A stretch of DNA of 64,000 bases from Tetramitus jugosus (taxonomy: Eukaryota > Protista > Heterolobosea), in the NCBI GenBank assembly GCA_937625935.1, contig OW569344.1, forward strand, positions 186,001 to 250,000. Direction: 5' to 3'. Shown one piece after another: positions 22,848 to 34,468 of the stretch. Both the position numbers and the translations under genes were made by a program. The notes beneath the pieces were generated by a model. It made no database searches. It was not told the origin of the DNA and was given only the letters and a program-made list of their open reading frames with translations. How positions within the stretch are numbered: position 1 is the stretch's first letter; the number at the start of each line of letters is the position of its first letter.

Positions 22848-23539
22848 ATGAGCGAAGCACTGCCAAGAAGAATCATCAAGGAATCTCAGAAGCTTATCCT
22901 AGAGCCTCGTAAGTATTGATTCACTCTTTTCATTGTACGTCTGCAATCGATTCACATGTCGTTCTCACATCCAATTTGTTTTTGTCAAAAAATTTGATGT
23001 GTTGCCCTCCCAACGTTGAAACGTTGTTGTCTTTGTGTGACCCTTAGCTCCAGGAATCAATGCAACTCCTCATGAAGACAACTTGAGACACTTTAAGGTG
23101 GTGATTGAAGGGCGTAAGTACAAATCGCTATCTGTTGTTGAGATTCATTTTTCCTCTTGTTATCCTTTCATCTATATTGACACTACAATCTGTACAATAT
23201 CAACAAACAACAGCATCTGGATCTCCATACGAGGGTGGTATTTTCAATTTGGAGCTATATTTGCCTGATAACTATCCAATGGTGCCTCCAAAGGTTCGTT
23301 TCCTGACCAAGATTTATCATCCAAACATTGATCGATTGGGACGTATTTGTTTGGATGTTTTGAAAGACAAGTGGAGTCCTGCGCTCTCAATCAGAACAGT
23401 GCTATTGAGTGTTCAAGCATTGTTGTCATCGCCTAACCCTGATGATCCATTAGCGAACGATGTGGCCGACCATTGGAAACGAAATGAGAATGAGGCAATT
23501 GCTGAGGCTCAGCGTTGGACCAGAGAACACGCCAAGTAG
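22848..23539 (+). CDS. UBC13: Ubiquitin-conjugating enzyme Ubc13/UBE2N; introns 22909-23047, 23114-23213
   Basis: [16 protein letters not shown]...[16 protein letters not shown]...GSPYEGGIF...[26 protein letters not shown]. Confidence 0.95.
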
Positions 23540-23849
23540 ACGCAGTAGGAGCCATTTTGCAAATACCATCATCGTCATACATGTTCTGATAGCTAGTATA
23601 CAACAACAACCAGGAATCAAACAATAAAGATTCCGCCCATATTCATTGTAAACTCTTTGATCCTTCAATATTTATTGCCCCGAAACTCACAAAAAAAGCA
23701 AAACAATTTTGATACGACCAAGGTCACGCAATTTGAAATACACAAGTTTCAATAACCACTCGGTCCTATCAAAAAACAAACACACAAACCAGTAGGAACC
23801 TCGAATACAACAACTCTATTATTTTTTGTTCATTCAGAGATCGAAAAAA

Positions 23850-24385
23850 ATGAGTTTCTTTAGCAATAATAGTAACAGTAATGCTGATGCAACGCAACAA
23901 AAGAACTTTCAGTTCCAAGACGATGATGAAGACGATGATATTCAACAACAACAACAACAGTCGCGTATCATACAACCACCACACGCCTTGCAACAACAAC
24001 AACAGTCACTGATTGCTCCACAGTATCAGTTTGCTATTGATGATCACGATGAATTGAACACTCAATTCAATCACTCACAGATGCAAAACTCACAACACAT
24101 GCATCATCACCACAATCACCACCACCACCATCATCATCACAACATGATGTTTCCATTGACTCAAGGCACACAAAACAATCTGTACTCTCAAGACTTGTCA
24201 TTACCTGAGATTACGACTCAACTGAGTCAACAAACTCTTGATAGTTCATCAACAACTGCTGCACACCAACCAAACAACAATGGTGATACAATGTTGCCTA
24301 ATCTTGATGGTTATGACAATCATGATGTGGTTGGTGATGATGATGATGATTTGAAGGAGATGACCTCTCCTACGTATGACTATTC

Positions 24386-24425
<40 letters not shown>

Positions 24426-27278
24426 GAAGCTGAAAATGGTGAGTTGAGCCTCGAGAGCATTGATCAAAAGAATCTACCAGAGCACGCATGCAAGTACTGT
24501 GGTGCCTGCGATGAGGAGTGTGTGGTGCGATGTGTCACCTGCACCAAATGGTTTTGTAATGGCAGAGGAAGCACATCTGGAGCTCACATTGTTCAGCACT
24601 TGGTCAAATCAAAGCACAAGGAGATTTCATTGCATCCAAAGACTCCTCTAGGTGAAACTGTGCTCGAGTGCTATAACTGTGGCTGTAAGAATGTCTTCTT
24701 GCTAGGATTCATGCCAGCAAAGAGTGACTCTGTTGTCGTGCTGTTGTGTCGTGAACCTTGTCTTCATTCGAACAACTTGAAGGACATGGACTGGGACACG
24801 ACTCAATGGTTGCCACTGATTCAAGACAAGCAGTTCTTGTCATGGTTGGTGAGAGAACCTAGTGAGAAGAGTCACAGAGTCAGAAACATTACTGCACAAC
24901 AGATTAACAAGCTAGAAGAACTCTGGAAATCGAATCCGGATGCCAAGGTTGATGATTTGGAGAAGCCTGGAGCAGATGACGATCCACTCGCTGTTCAGTT
25001 CCAATACGAAGACGCGTATCACTACCAGACAATCATGGGTCCATTGGTCAAGCTCGAAGCAGAGTACGACAAGAAGATGAAAGAATCTCAGACAAAGGAC
25101 AATATCAAGGTTCGTTGGGAAGTCGGTCTCAACAGAAAGAAGGTTGCATACTTTATTTTCCCAAAAGAAGACAATGAATTGAGATTGGTTCCAGGAGATG
25201 AGCTCAGATTGCGATATGATGGCAGAGGTGATGCCAAGTATGCTGGATGGAGCTGTGTGGGACATGTGATTCGCTTAACTAGCAACGAAGAAGTTGCCAT
25301 CGAATTGAGACACAATCAAGGTGCACCTACACACGAAAAGGAAGGATTCAGTGTTGATTTTGTTTGGAAGGCTACAAGCTTTGAGAGAATGCAACAGGCA
25401 ATGAGAAACTTTGCAATGGATCAAAACTGTGTCAGCAGTTATCTGTATGAGAAATTGTTGGGCAATCCTGCTGACTCGCCTGTTTTTAGAGTGTTGTTGC
25501 CAAAGAGATTTGCTGCTCCTGGTTTGCTTCCTGAACTCAATCACTCACAAGTGGAGGCAGTCAAGAGTGTTCTTCAAAAACCTCTTTCCCTCATTCAAGG
25601 TCCTCCAGGCACGGGCAAGGTTTGTTTTCTTTTTATTGCAATTTCTCTATTGTTTTTACGCATTCATCCACTAACTCGTATTGACCTATAGACTGTTACA
25701 AGTGCCACCATTGTGTACTACTTGGTGAAGCAAAACCAAGGAAAAGTTCTCGTATGTGCTCCTAGTAATGTGGCTGTTGATCAATTGGCAGAAAAGATTC
25801 ATTCTACTGGTTTGAAGGTGGTTCGTCTGTGCGCAAAGAGCAGAGAGGCTGTTCAATCACCGGTCGAATCATTGACTCTTCACTATCAAGTTCGCCATTT
25901 GCACACCGCTGAGAAGAAGGAGTTGCAGAGAATTCATCAACTCAAGGAGATTCAAGGAGAATTGTCCTCAACTGACGAAAAGAAGTATCACCAACTGAAG
26001 CGTGCAACTGAGAGAGAAATTTTGCTCGCCGCTGATGTCATTTGTTGTACATGTGTGGGAGCTGGTGATCCACGATTGAATGGATTCCGATTCAAGCAAG
26101 TTCTCATTGATGAATCCACCCAGGCAACAGAGCCAGAGTGTTTGATTCCAATTGTGAAGGGAGCCAAGCAAGTTGTTCTTGTGGGTGACCATTGCCAACT
26201 TGGACCAGTTATTATGTGTAAGAAAGCCGCCAAGGCAGGTTTATCACGATCTCTATTCGAAAGATTGGTAATGTTGGGAACAAGACCAATTAGACTGCAG
26301 GTGCAATATCGTATGCATCCCTGCCTATCTGAATTCCCATCGAACACTTTTTACGAAGGAACCTTGCAGAACGGAGTGACAAAGGATGACAGAATCATGA
26401 GCATTGACTTCCCATGGCCATATCTCGAAGCACCAATGATGTTTTATAATTCAGTCGGTCAAGAAGAATATTCAGCATCAGGTACTTCTTATTTGAACAG
26501 AACGGAGGCTGATTTGGTCGAAAAGATTGTTACTCGCTTGTTAAAGTCTGGTGTAATGCCTCAATTGATTGGTGTTGTGACTCCTTATGAGGGTCAAAGA
26601 GCTTTCTGTGTGAATCATATGCAAAGAGCAGGTAATTGGAGACCAGAGTTGTACAAGAAGATTGAAGTGGCTAGCGTTGATTCCTTCCAGGGCCGTGAGA
26701 AGGATTTCATCATTTTGTCTTGTGTCAGATCCAATGACCATCAGGGTATTGGATTCTTGAATGATCCAAGACGTTTGAATGTTGCTCTAACAAGAGCCAG
26801 ATGTGGTCTGATCATTATTGGTAATGCCAAGGTGCTCTCTAAACAACCATTGTGGAATTTGTTGCTACTGCATTTCATGGGATCTAATTCCATGGATAAG
26901 AATTTCATTGTAGAAGGTGCATTGAATCACTTGAAGACCAGTAATCCAAAACTCCAGAAGCCAAAGAAGTTCAATAACCTCAGATATGGTATCGGATATG
27001 GCTTGACACCTTCTGTGCCATTCGCTAGCACTAGCACATCATTGATGCCTGTTCAACCTTATGGAAAGGATGGTGTGCCAGTGAGACCTGTATTGCCAGT
27101 CGGTTATTCTCCTGGAATGGCTCCTGCTGCTTCATTCGAAGCCGATTCTGGCCTCAATTACGGCAACAACATGATGCAACAGGCGTTCCATCCATCTTTC
27201 CAACAACAAGGTGGACAACAACCAACCACGCAAGAAGAACTAGGAGTAATCCACACCCAATCACAGTCACAGTTGTAA
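23850..27278 (+). CDS. UPF1: Regulator of nonsense transcripts 1 (SF1 RNA helicase); intron 25620-25691
   Basis: CH domain ([10 protein letters not shown]...KWFCNGRG...LECYNCG), QGPPGTGK|TVTSA across the splice, LIDESTQ, QYRMHP and [10 protein letters not shown]. Confidence 0.97.
24387..24422 (+). repeat. (GAT)12 coding microsatellite (poly-Asp) in the UPF1 N-terminus
   Basis: Direct reading. One of many coding trinucleotide tracts (AAT/AAC/CAA/GAT/CAT) in the window. Confidence 0.85.
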
Positions 27279-27545
27279 CCGAAGTCAATTCTATCATTGG
27301 GCTATGATCGTACTTCTCCAAGCAGAGAAAAGGAGGACAATATTTGATAAATCGTTGATGGAATACATGTGTAATCCATGGTCATCCTATTGAGTTCCTT
27401 TCGATGGAATCTCAAGGTGAACGGTGACGAAATCATATATGATATGACTTGTCATGACGCCACATGACACGGAGCATTAAACAACAATAAATAATGTTCA
27501 TTGTTTTGCATTATATGTGTATTAAATTCGTTTTGTGCCCTCATA

Positions 27546-28209
27546 CTACTCTGATAGGACATTCACTTGTAAAAATTGAGATGCATCAATGGCTTGACCA
27601 TTCACTTGCAACTTGTGGGCAATCATCATTGCTCTGAACTCTGAAAAGTCGCCCATCGATAGTAGTACATCCCATACATCTCCTATGATCTCCTCTTCTC
27701 TTTCCCTAAGAGATTCCAGAAAGAAGAGTTAAGTTCGATTCATTGATGGTTGGACTCAAAAAGGTGACCTCACTACTTACTTTAACACAAGCAAGAATTC
27801 TTCCATGTTGAACAAAGGATTCCTCATCCGCAACTTCTTCTGCAAGTTAGTTTCAACCAGCTCTGTCTACATTCATTCCATAGTTTACCCAGGGTTTGAC
27901 CATTGTTAAAACAGCCAACAAAGAATTGATCAAATCTAAATTCAAACATACATATTCATTAAACCATGTGGTATACTCTAATTTGTTGACCTCACAATTT
28001 TCATCAAACTCTTGGCAGTACTTGTCGCAAAATTCGCACATTACACTTTGAAACTCCTCTTCCATCAATATCTCTTCAATTGCACCAACAATTTGATCAA
28101 ACCTGGACTCTTGAGGATTGAATGATGAATTCTCGAGATCTTCAGAAAGATCCATCTCAACTACACACTTCTGATCATTGAGTGTGGTGATTTCTTGTGA
28201 GCTATTCAT
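27546..28209 (-). CDS. ARL2-binding protein (BART domain); introns 27867-27951, 27706-27780
   Basis: FDQIVGAIEEILMEEEF...F...NKLEYTTWFNEY|TELVE...FNMEEFL...GDVWDVLLSMGDFSEFRAMM. Splices are frame-consistent. Confidence 0.82.
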
Positions 28210-28415
28210 GGTTAGTCAGTTCAACTTGATTGTTGGAACTCCCATGCTGAAATGGAGGGAAAAATCGTAGAGGCGGAGTTCATTGCACAATCCAAAATAA
28301 TATCGTTTCTTCTTTTAGGTTTCCCGTGTCAAAAATACACTATTCCCACATAAACTGATGTCGTGATCGTGCCTGTACATTAGAGGCTCGCATACTGACA
28401 AAAAGAGAACAAATA

Positions 28416-28670
28416 ATGCTGTCGAATACTCGAAGAATAATCAGATGTTACACCACACTCAAACCCTCATTTAATGTCAAATCAGGGCAACAAACTGTTT
28501 CGAAAGACTCCCGTGTCTTTTCATCCATTCGGAAAGATAATGAAGACAAAAGAACAAGGCCAGCTTCTCTAGAGGAGAGTGTATATGAGCAAAGAGATAA
28601 GATTGTTCAACAAATGAGGGACTCATCAGGAGAGTCTATGTATCAAGGAAACTTTGCCATTATTGACTGA
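28416..28670 (+). CDS. Small hypothetical protein with mitochondrial-presequence-like N-terminus
   Basis: 84 aa with ATG in A-rich context. The N-terminus (MLSNTRRIIRCYTT) is Arg/Ser/Thr-rich and acid-free. The ORF fills an otherwise empty gap. Confidence 0.55.
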   Translation: MLSNTRRIIRCYTTLKPSFNVKSGQQTVSKDSRVFSSIRKDNEDKRTRPASLEESVYEQRDKIVQQMRDSSGESMYQGNFAIID

Positions 28671-28725
28671 AATCAACCACGAATGCAATTAAACAAGAAA
28701 CTTACCCAGAGTATGAAGTTCATGT

Positions 28726-31700
28726 TTATTCTTCCTTGTAGAGGGATCTTCTTTTCAGTTCCTCAATCTCGCGACGCAAAGTGTGTATCTCTCCCTCTCT
28801 CTGTTCATTCACTAACTTGATAGTCGTGATTTCATCATCTTTGAATTGTTTGCTCCTATTCAATTCATCTAGTGTTACACTCAAGTTTTGCAATCGATTC
28901 TCGCTTTCGTGAAGATCTCTTCTTCTCTGCTCAGTGACAACATCGATCTCTCTCTCTAACTGGTTAATTAATCGAGCAAATTCATTCAACTTATTATCTC
29001 TTAACTGAATTTGTGTTGCAACGTGAGAGGTAAAGAAATCCACGACAACTGTGTTGGAGAAATGAACAAGTTGATTTGAAACTAATGTTCGAAGTGTTTT
29101 GTGCTCTCTTCTCAAGAACGAGATCTGCTGTCGGATCGATGTAAGTGTCGATGTTTGAATGGCTAGAGTTTTCTTTTGCTGACTAACTGTATCTTGCAAC
29201 TCATCCAATTGTTTATCCTTCTCCAAGAGAGTCTTTTCATAATTTTCCTCGTAACCCCGGTATCTGTTCATTGAGAGTTTAAGTTGATCCAGTTGACTCT
29301 TCAACAACTCTGACTTATCTGTATACACTTGAAGCTGAGAATTGCTATACTCAAGAGCTTCATTCATTTGTTTCATTTGATCTCTCGACTTAATTAACAT
29401 AAGTTTCATTTCCTCCTTTTCGTTATCTTTTTCCTCGGAGGATTGTTTCAATGTGTCTAAAGAATCTCTAAGCTGATTCACTATCTGATCTCTCTCAATC
29501 AATTTTCTCTCTGAAATCGTGAATTGCTCTGCTAAACGCTCACACTCTTGTTCTCCTTTTGAAATTTTTTCATTCATCGTTTTCTTGGTCTCAACAAGCT
29601 CTTTCCGCAGACTTGCCAATTTCTCTTGAAGTTGATCTATTGATTGTGATCTCTGAGTTAAAGTTTCTTTAAGAAGAGAAACTTCAGACTCTTTCTTTGA
29701 CAATCTAAGGTCGGCCTCATTGTTTTGGACTGTAAGATCTCGAATCTGATTTCTGAGTGCTGAAATTTCCTCCCCAGAGTTCTCTAACTCTCCTTGGGTT
29801 TCTTGTAATTGGTCCTCTAGTGCCTTTTGCCTACAGTGTAACAATTTAATTTCTGTAAGTTGTTCAGTGTATCGATGTTTTAACTCCCCTCTAGATACTT
29901 CAAGTTTGTGTAATGCATCGTTTGTTAAGTTATCCATCTTCTTCTTCAATTCTTCAACTAAAACCTCTCTAGTTTTTACTTCGTTCCTCAGTTTCTTATT
30001 CTCGGTTTTCATTTTTTCAATCTCTTCCTTCTGCTGAAGTATTTCACCTTGGTCCAAGTTCTTCGCTGCAATCAACTCCTCATTTTCTACTTTCAAGTCT
30101 GATACATTTTGTGACAAATTCGCGATCTTCTTTTCTTTGGATTGAATTTCGCTCTCCCTCACGCGTAAAGAGTCTTGTAGATCGATAGCGTTGTTCTTTG
30201 TTTGTTCATGTTCTAACCTCAATCCCGATAGTTGCTGAGCTAGAGTCTCTATCTTTCTTTCTTTGGATTGAAGCTCATTTTCTCTTATTATTGATGACTC
30301 ATGTTGAATCCTATGAGAATTCTTTAGCTCTTCATTTAAGTTGGATATCTGCATAGAGAGTGCTTCAATCTTTTTCTTCATCATATGTATCTCTTTTTCT
30401 CTAAGGTTCAATGATTCCCTCATCTTAAGAATGGTAGTTTTCGTCTCCTCATTTTCGTCTTGTAGTCCTGTACGTTGGACTTCCAGTGTTTCAATCTTCT
30501 TTTCTTGAGACTGAATTTCACTCTCTCGTTGACGAGAAACTTCCTGGAGCATTCTAGCTGTTCTTTTCACTTGGTCATTCTCTGTTTTTAGTTCTGTTAT
30601 TCTTTGAGTCATAGTTTCTATTTTCCTTCTCATCATTTGAATTTCGTTCTCTCGAACGATCAAAGATTCCTTTAGTTTGTCACCATTAGTCTTTAATTCT
30701 TCATTCTCCGACTCCAAGTCTGATCTTTGTTGAGCAAAAAGCTCCTCTTCTCTTCTACTCTGTGATAATTGCTCACCCACTCTAATCATTTGTGAATCTT
30801 GCATGGCGATTTGTTGTTCTCTTGCATGAAGTTCGTTCTCTCTGAGACGCAAAGACTCTTGCAGTAACTTTACCGTGTTCTTGAGTTCTTCGTTCTCGGA
30901 TTTCATCTCTATTCTTTTTTGAGATAGAATTTCAAGCTTCTTCTCCATGGATTGTCCCTCACTTTCTCTCGTGCTCAGAGTTTCTCTCAACAGGGCTTCT
31001 GAGGACTGAATCTCCTCTTTCTCAGATAGTAGTTCAGAGAACTTTTGAGATAGAGAGTCAAACTCTCTTCGACTACTTTGCAATTTCTCTGTCAGTAACT
31101 TTCTCTCCTCATGAACCTTGTCGTTGTTTAATTTCTGAAGCTTCAGAATTTTCTTCTTCGCCATGTCTATCTGTTGTTTGTATTTTTCATTATCGCCACT
31201 TGCTTGTTGTGTTAATTGCAAAATCTCCTTGGTATAACTCTCATTAATACGTCTTATCTTCTCTTGGGTTTCAGAGTATACAACTTCAAATTTAGCCTGA
31301 AGTTGTTGGACTTCTAACTTGTGTGTTCTCCTCATATCCTCTGTTTGATCAGTGTACTCCTTTCGAATCTGTTCTAAACGAGTCTGTGCTTCTCTTTGGA
31401 TTTGGTCCATTCGGTCCTCCATCTTCTTCCGATCCTCAACCCCATCTTTTCGTATCGTATCAATACGTTGATTGTACTCTAACCTCAATTGTCTCATCTC
31501 TTGAAGATGATCAGTTTGAAGTTTCTCTATCCTTGAAGAAAAGTCTGTTGTGATCTTCTCAATCTTTTCATTATGATCTCGTATCCATTGTTGTTCCAAC
31601 TCCATCTTGCTTTGTTGGAACTCTTTAATTACTTGCGACTTCCATCCATTTAACCCTTTCGTACTTTTCTCTATAGTCTCTACAGCTTCGAACATGCGCT

Positions 31701-32406
31701 GTTCTTGGATTGAAATCTTCCTTTGGTCTTCATGATCTGTCAGATAACTTGGACTGGTGTTAAGGAGTTTCTTTGACCGAGAGAACTCTGCAGAATTGGG
31801 GGAACGAAATTGCTTCTCTCTGTTGGAAAATAAATCTGAATGATTTCTCACATCCTTGTCGATTGGTGTTTGCACTTGTTGAATTACTTGTTTGAGAACT
31901 CGATTCTCTTTGTTCACAAGCCTAGATTCGGAATCTAACTCTGAGAGTTTGGTGTCGATTCTATCTCGATCTAATGTGATTAGTGATAGTTCTACTCTCA
32001 GTTTATCTGCGGCATCCTTCAAATCATTCAACTGTTTCTCCAATTCCCTATTGGTCAACTGTTGATCTGACAACTCTTCGCCCCTCTCTCTAAGGAGTGA
32101 CTCTTGAGCGGAGAGTTTTAGTTTGTATCTAGAATTCTCAGTTTCTAACTGTCCAATTTGTGATCTTAATTCACTGATGTAGCTCTTCAGAAACTGAAAA
32201 TTTTCATTCTTTTCCTTTGAAAGTTGTTGCAAGAAATTGTTCTCAGAAGAAAAGTCTTTGGATGGTGTTCCTTTTCTGGAATGAATACTTGAACGACGAT
32301 TGCCGAGCTCCTTCTCGATACTTGATATTCTACTCAGTAGCTCTTGTTCATTGTTGTCTATCATGGAGTTCGGAGTTGTACAGAATGTAACGTTGTTTCG
32401 TCTCAT
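28726..32406 (-). CDS. Long coiled-coil protein with 42-residue repeats
   Basis: 1226-aa ORF of E/K/Q/L-rich heptads with a recurring ENEELK...LRE[NS]EIQ...KKIE unit. Confidence 0.85.
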   Translation of the reverse strand: MRRNNVTFCTTPNSMIDNNEQELLSRISSIEKELGNRRSSIHSRKGTPSKDFSSENNFLQQLSKEKNENFQFLKSYISELRSQIGQLETENSRYKLKLSAQESLLRERGEELSDQQLTNRELEKQLNDLKDAADKLRVELSLITLDRDRIDTKLSELDSESRLVNKENRVLKQVIQQVQTPIDKDVRNHSDLFSNREKQFRSPNSAEFSRSKKLLNTSPSYLTDHEDQRKISIQEQRMFEAVETIEKSTKGLNGWKSQVIKEFQQSKMELEQQWIRDHNEKIEKITTDFSSRIEKLQTDHLQEMRQLRLEYNQRIDTIRKDGVEDRKKMEDRMDQIQREAQTRLEQIRKEYTDQTEDMRRTHKLEVQQLQAKFEVVYSETQEKIRRINESYTKEILQLTQQASGDNEKYKQQIDMAKKKILKLQKLNNDKVHEERKLLTEKLQSSRREFDSLSQKFSELLSEKEEIQSSEALLRETLSTRESEGQSMEKKLEILSQKRIEMKSENEELKNTVKLLQESLRLRENELHAREQQIAMQDSQMIRVGEQLSQSRREEELFAQQRSDLESENEELKTNGDKLKESLIVRENEIQMMRRKIETMTQRITELKTENDQVKRTARMLQEVSRQRESEIQSQEKKIETLEVQRTGLQDENEETKTTILKMRESLNLREKEIHMMKKKIEALSMQISNLNEELKNSHRIQHESSIIRENELQSKERKIETLAQQLSGLRLEHEQTKNNAIDLQDSLRVRESEIQSKEKKIANLSQNVSDLKVENEELIAAKNLDQGEILQQKEEIEKMKTENKKLRNEVKTREVLVEELKKKMDNLTNDALHKLEVSRGELKHRYTEQLTEIKLLHCRQKALEDQLQETQGELENSGEEISALRNQIRDLTVQNNEADLRLSKKESEVSLLKETLTQRSQSIDQLQEKLASLRKELVETKKTMNEKISKGEQECERLAEQFTISERKLIERDQIVNQLRDSLDTLKQSSEEKDNEKEEMKLMLIKSRDQMKQMNEALEYSNSQLQVYTDKSELLKSQLDQLKLSMNRYRGYEENYEKTLLEKDKQLDELQDTVSQQKKTLAIQTSTLTSIRQQISFLRREHKTLRTLVSNQLVHFSNTVVVDFFTSHVATQIQLRDNKLNEFARLINQLEREIDVVTEQRRRDLHESENRLQNLSVTLDELNRSKQFKDDEITTIKLVNEQREGEIHTLRREIEELKRRSLYKEE

Positions 32407-32588
32407 CGTTTCGCGCCGTTTTGTGTTCTTGTGGCTCTACAAGCGAGTGAATGTCATTGACTTGTTGCCATCCACCAATGCGCTATGGAGAGGTAACCAA
32501 CAAAGATTTGTCAAGAGATACTGTGGTTGATAAGAGAGTATGAGGAACAAGGCAATTTTGAGATAAATCATCTTTCTTTATTCTGAAG

Positions 32589-34022
32589 TTAGAGCATCAT
32601 GACAACAAGAGCGATCAACATGACAAAGGCAGAGGAAATGCTAAAGACGGTGGAGGATGAAGCAGCACCGAGGTAGTTCCATGTCAAAACAGAGTTCAAT
32701 CTACCATTGCTGGTTGTCAGTCCCACATCCTTCAAAGAAACACTACTGTCACCAAAGTTGATCCAAGTTTGATCATCGCTGTTGTAGAACTTCAACAAAC
32801 CATTCTTGGAGCCAACAGTGATGGATCCAGCCTTGCAGCTGACATCAGTCTTCGAGCAAACATCAATAGATCTGAGCTCTTCAGTAATAGCGGTGCTATC
32901 GCTAGTAGTTGCTGCTTGGAGGGCGGTGGATCCATCAGCTGAAATCTTAGCAATGTATGGAGTACCAGTGTTGTTAAACTCACCAACCAAGTACAGAGTA
33001 CTGCCAACCAACTTCAAGTCTCTAACGCTACCATCTGGGTATGCAGTGTCAGAAGTCACAATTCTGATCCAAGCATCAGTCTTTCTGTTGTACTCACAGA
33101 CATTCACACATCTTGGAGCATCGACAGCAGATGAGATTGGGAAGTCAAAATCACCAGAGAAGAAAATCTTGTCAGTGGAGAAGTATTGAGGTTGGTATTC
33201 CATAGCTTCAAATTTGCCAAGTCCCAAGCCTGAAGGAGTCTTATCAGTCCATTTCTTGTCCTTGGTATTGTATTGCTTATAGAAGCCCTTACCAGCAACG
33301 TGAACGATTCTAGTTGCTTCAGCAGTAATACTGGTTGGCACGTCTCTCTTGTAGATGACATTGGCAGAATTAGAGATTTTATGTTCAGTATCACCTCCAA
33401 GGTTGCTCCAAGTATCAGAGTTGGCGTCGTACTTGGCAACGTTGACAGCAACAGTAGTACCAGTAATGTTCATTGCAAACTCTCCAGCAATGTAGACATC
33501 ACAGTTGCATGCCTTAGTCTTGATATCAGGAATGTTGAAGCAATCAACAGAGATACTGTACACGGATCCAGTGAATGTATTGTAGGTACCAACCTTTCCC
33601 CATGCAGTGGAGTCTCTGTACCAAACAGCTAGTGGACCAGTTTCAACTGGTGTGGCAGCTCTAGTTTTGTCAAAGTCACCACCAATGTACAAGTTTCTGC
33701 AAGTGTCAACAGCGACAACCTTGACTTCATCGTTCACACCACCGTCGTATGACATCCATGTGGTTCCGTTCCAGGCAGCAAAGTTACCAACTTCAAGAGT
33801 TGTGCTATCAGTTTGATAAGCAGTGTTGAACAAGCCACCTAAACAAAACAAAAAGTGTTAATCAGTGTTACTGATTGTAAACAAGTAGAAATAAATCTGC
33901 ACCACGAATCGACGACACTCACCTACAGCCCATCTTCGTCCAACAAGTTTTGGAAATGACAATGCAGAAGCATAGGTGAACAAAGCCACCAAAGCTACTA
34001 GACCTAAGATTACACTCTTCAT
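32589..34022 (-). CDS. Secreted, probably GPI-anchored beta-repeat surface protein (Rax2-like repeats); intron 33839-33922
   Basis: Exon 1 signal peptide MKSVILGLVALVALFTYASA. Repeats LYIGGDF, VYIAGEF, IFFSGDF, LYLVGEF. The C-terminus has small residues followed by a hydrophobic tail. Confidence 0.8.
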
Positions 34023-34468
34023 GATTATTATGTTTTGTTTGTTGATTTGTTTAGTTGTGGTGTTGTTGATGCAACAGGTGCGCGTTAAAAACCACGTCTA
34101 TCAGTGTTACAACAGCAAGTTCGAACGGTAAATGATTGAACGTTTCGCATGTCTCAAAACCGCTGCTGAACCTCCAAAATTCTCAAGTTCCACTCAACCG
34201 ACAATACCGATGAAAGATGCATTGGGGTTAAGGTTCAAAATTGGACATGTCATTTAACGGATTTGATGTCGGTTGTCATTGGAAAGTCATCTTCGAAGGG
34301 AAGAATTGATGCAGAGTGGAACTGGTTCAGGAAATACCATTGAATTTTGGCGCGCATAATTTCTTGTTCTCCGACAATCGGACAAACAAATTGCTTCATA
34401 CACTAAAAAAAACTTTCTCCAGAGCCAAAAGAAAAAACATCAAAGATTGAAAACAGCTCTCAATATCC

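Noticed and set aside
22673-22879. PARG ORF extension overlapping the UBC13 start
   Set aside because: Non-ATG start running through the shared promoter; the ATG at 22672 is more plausible.
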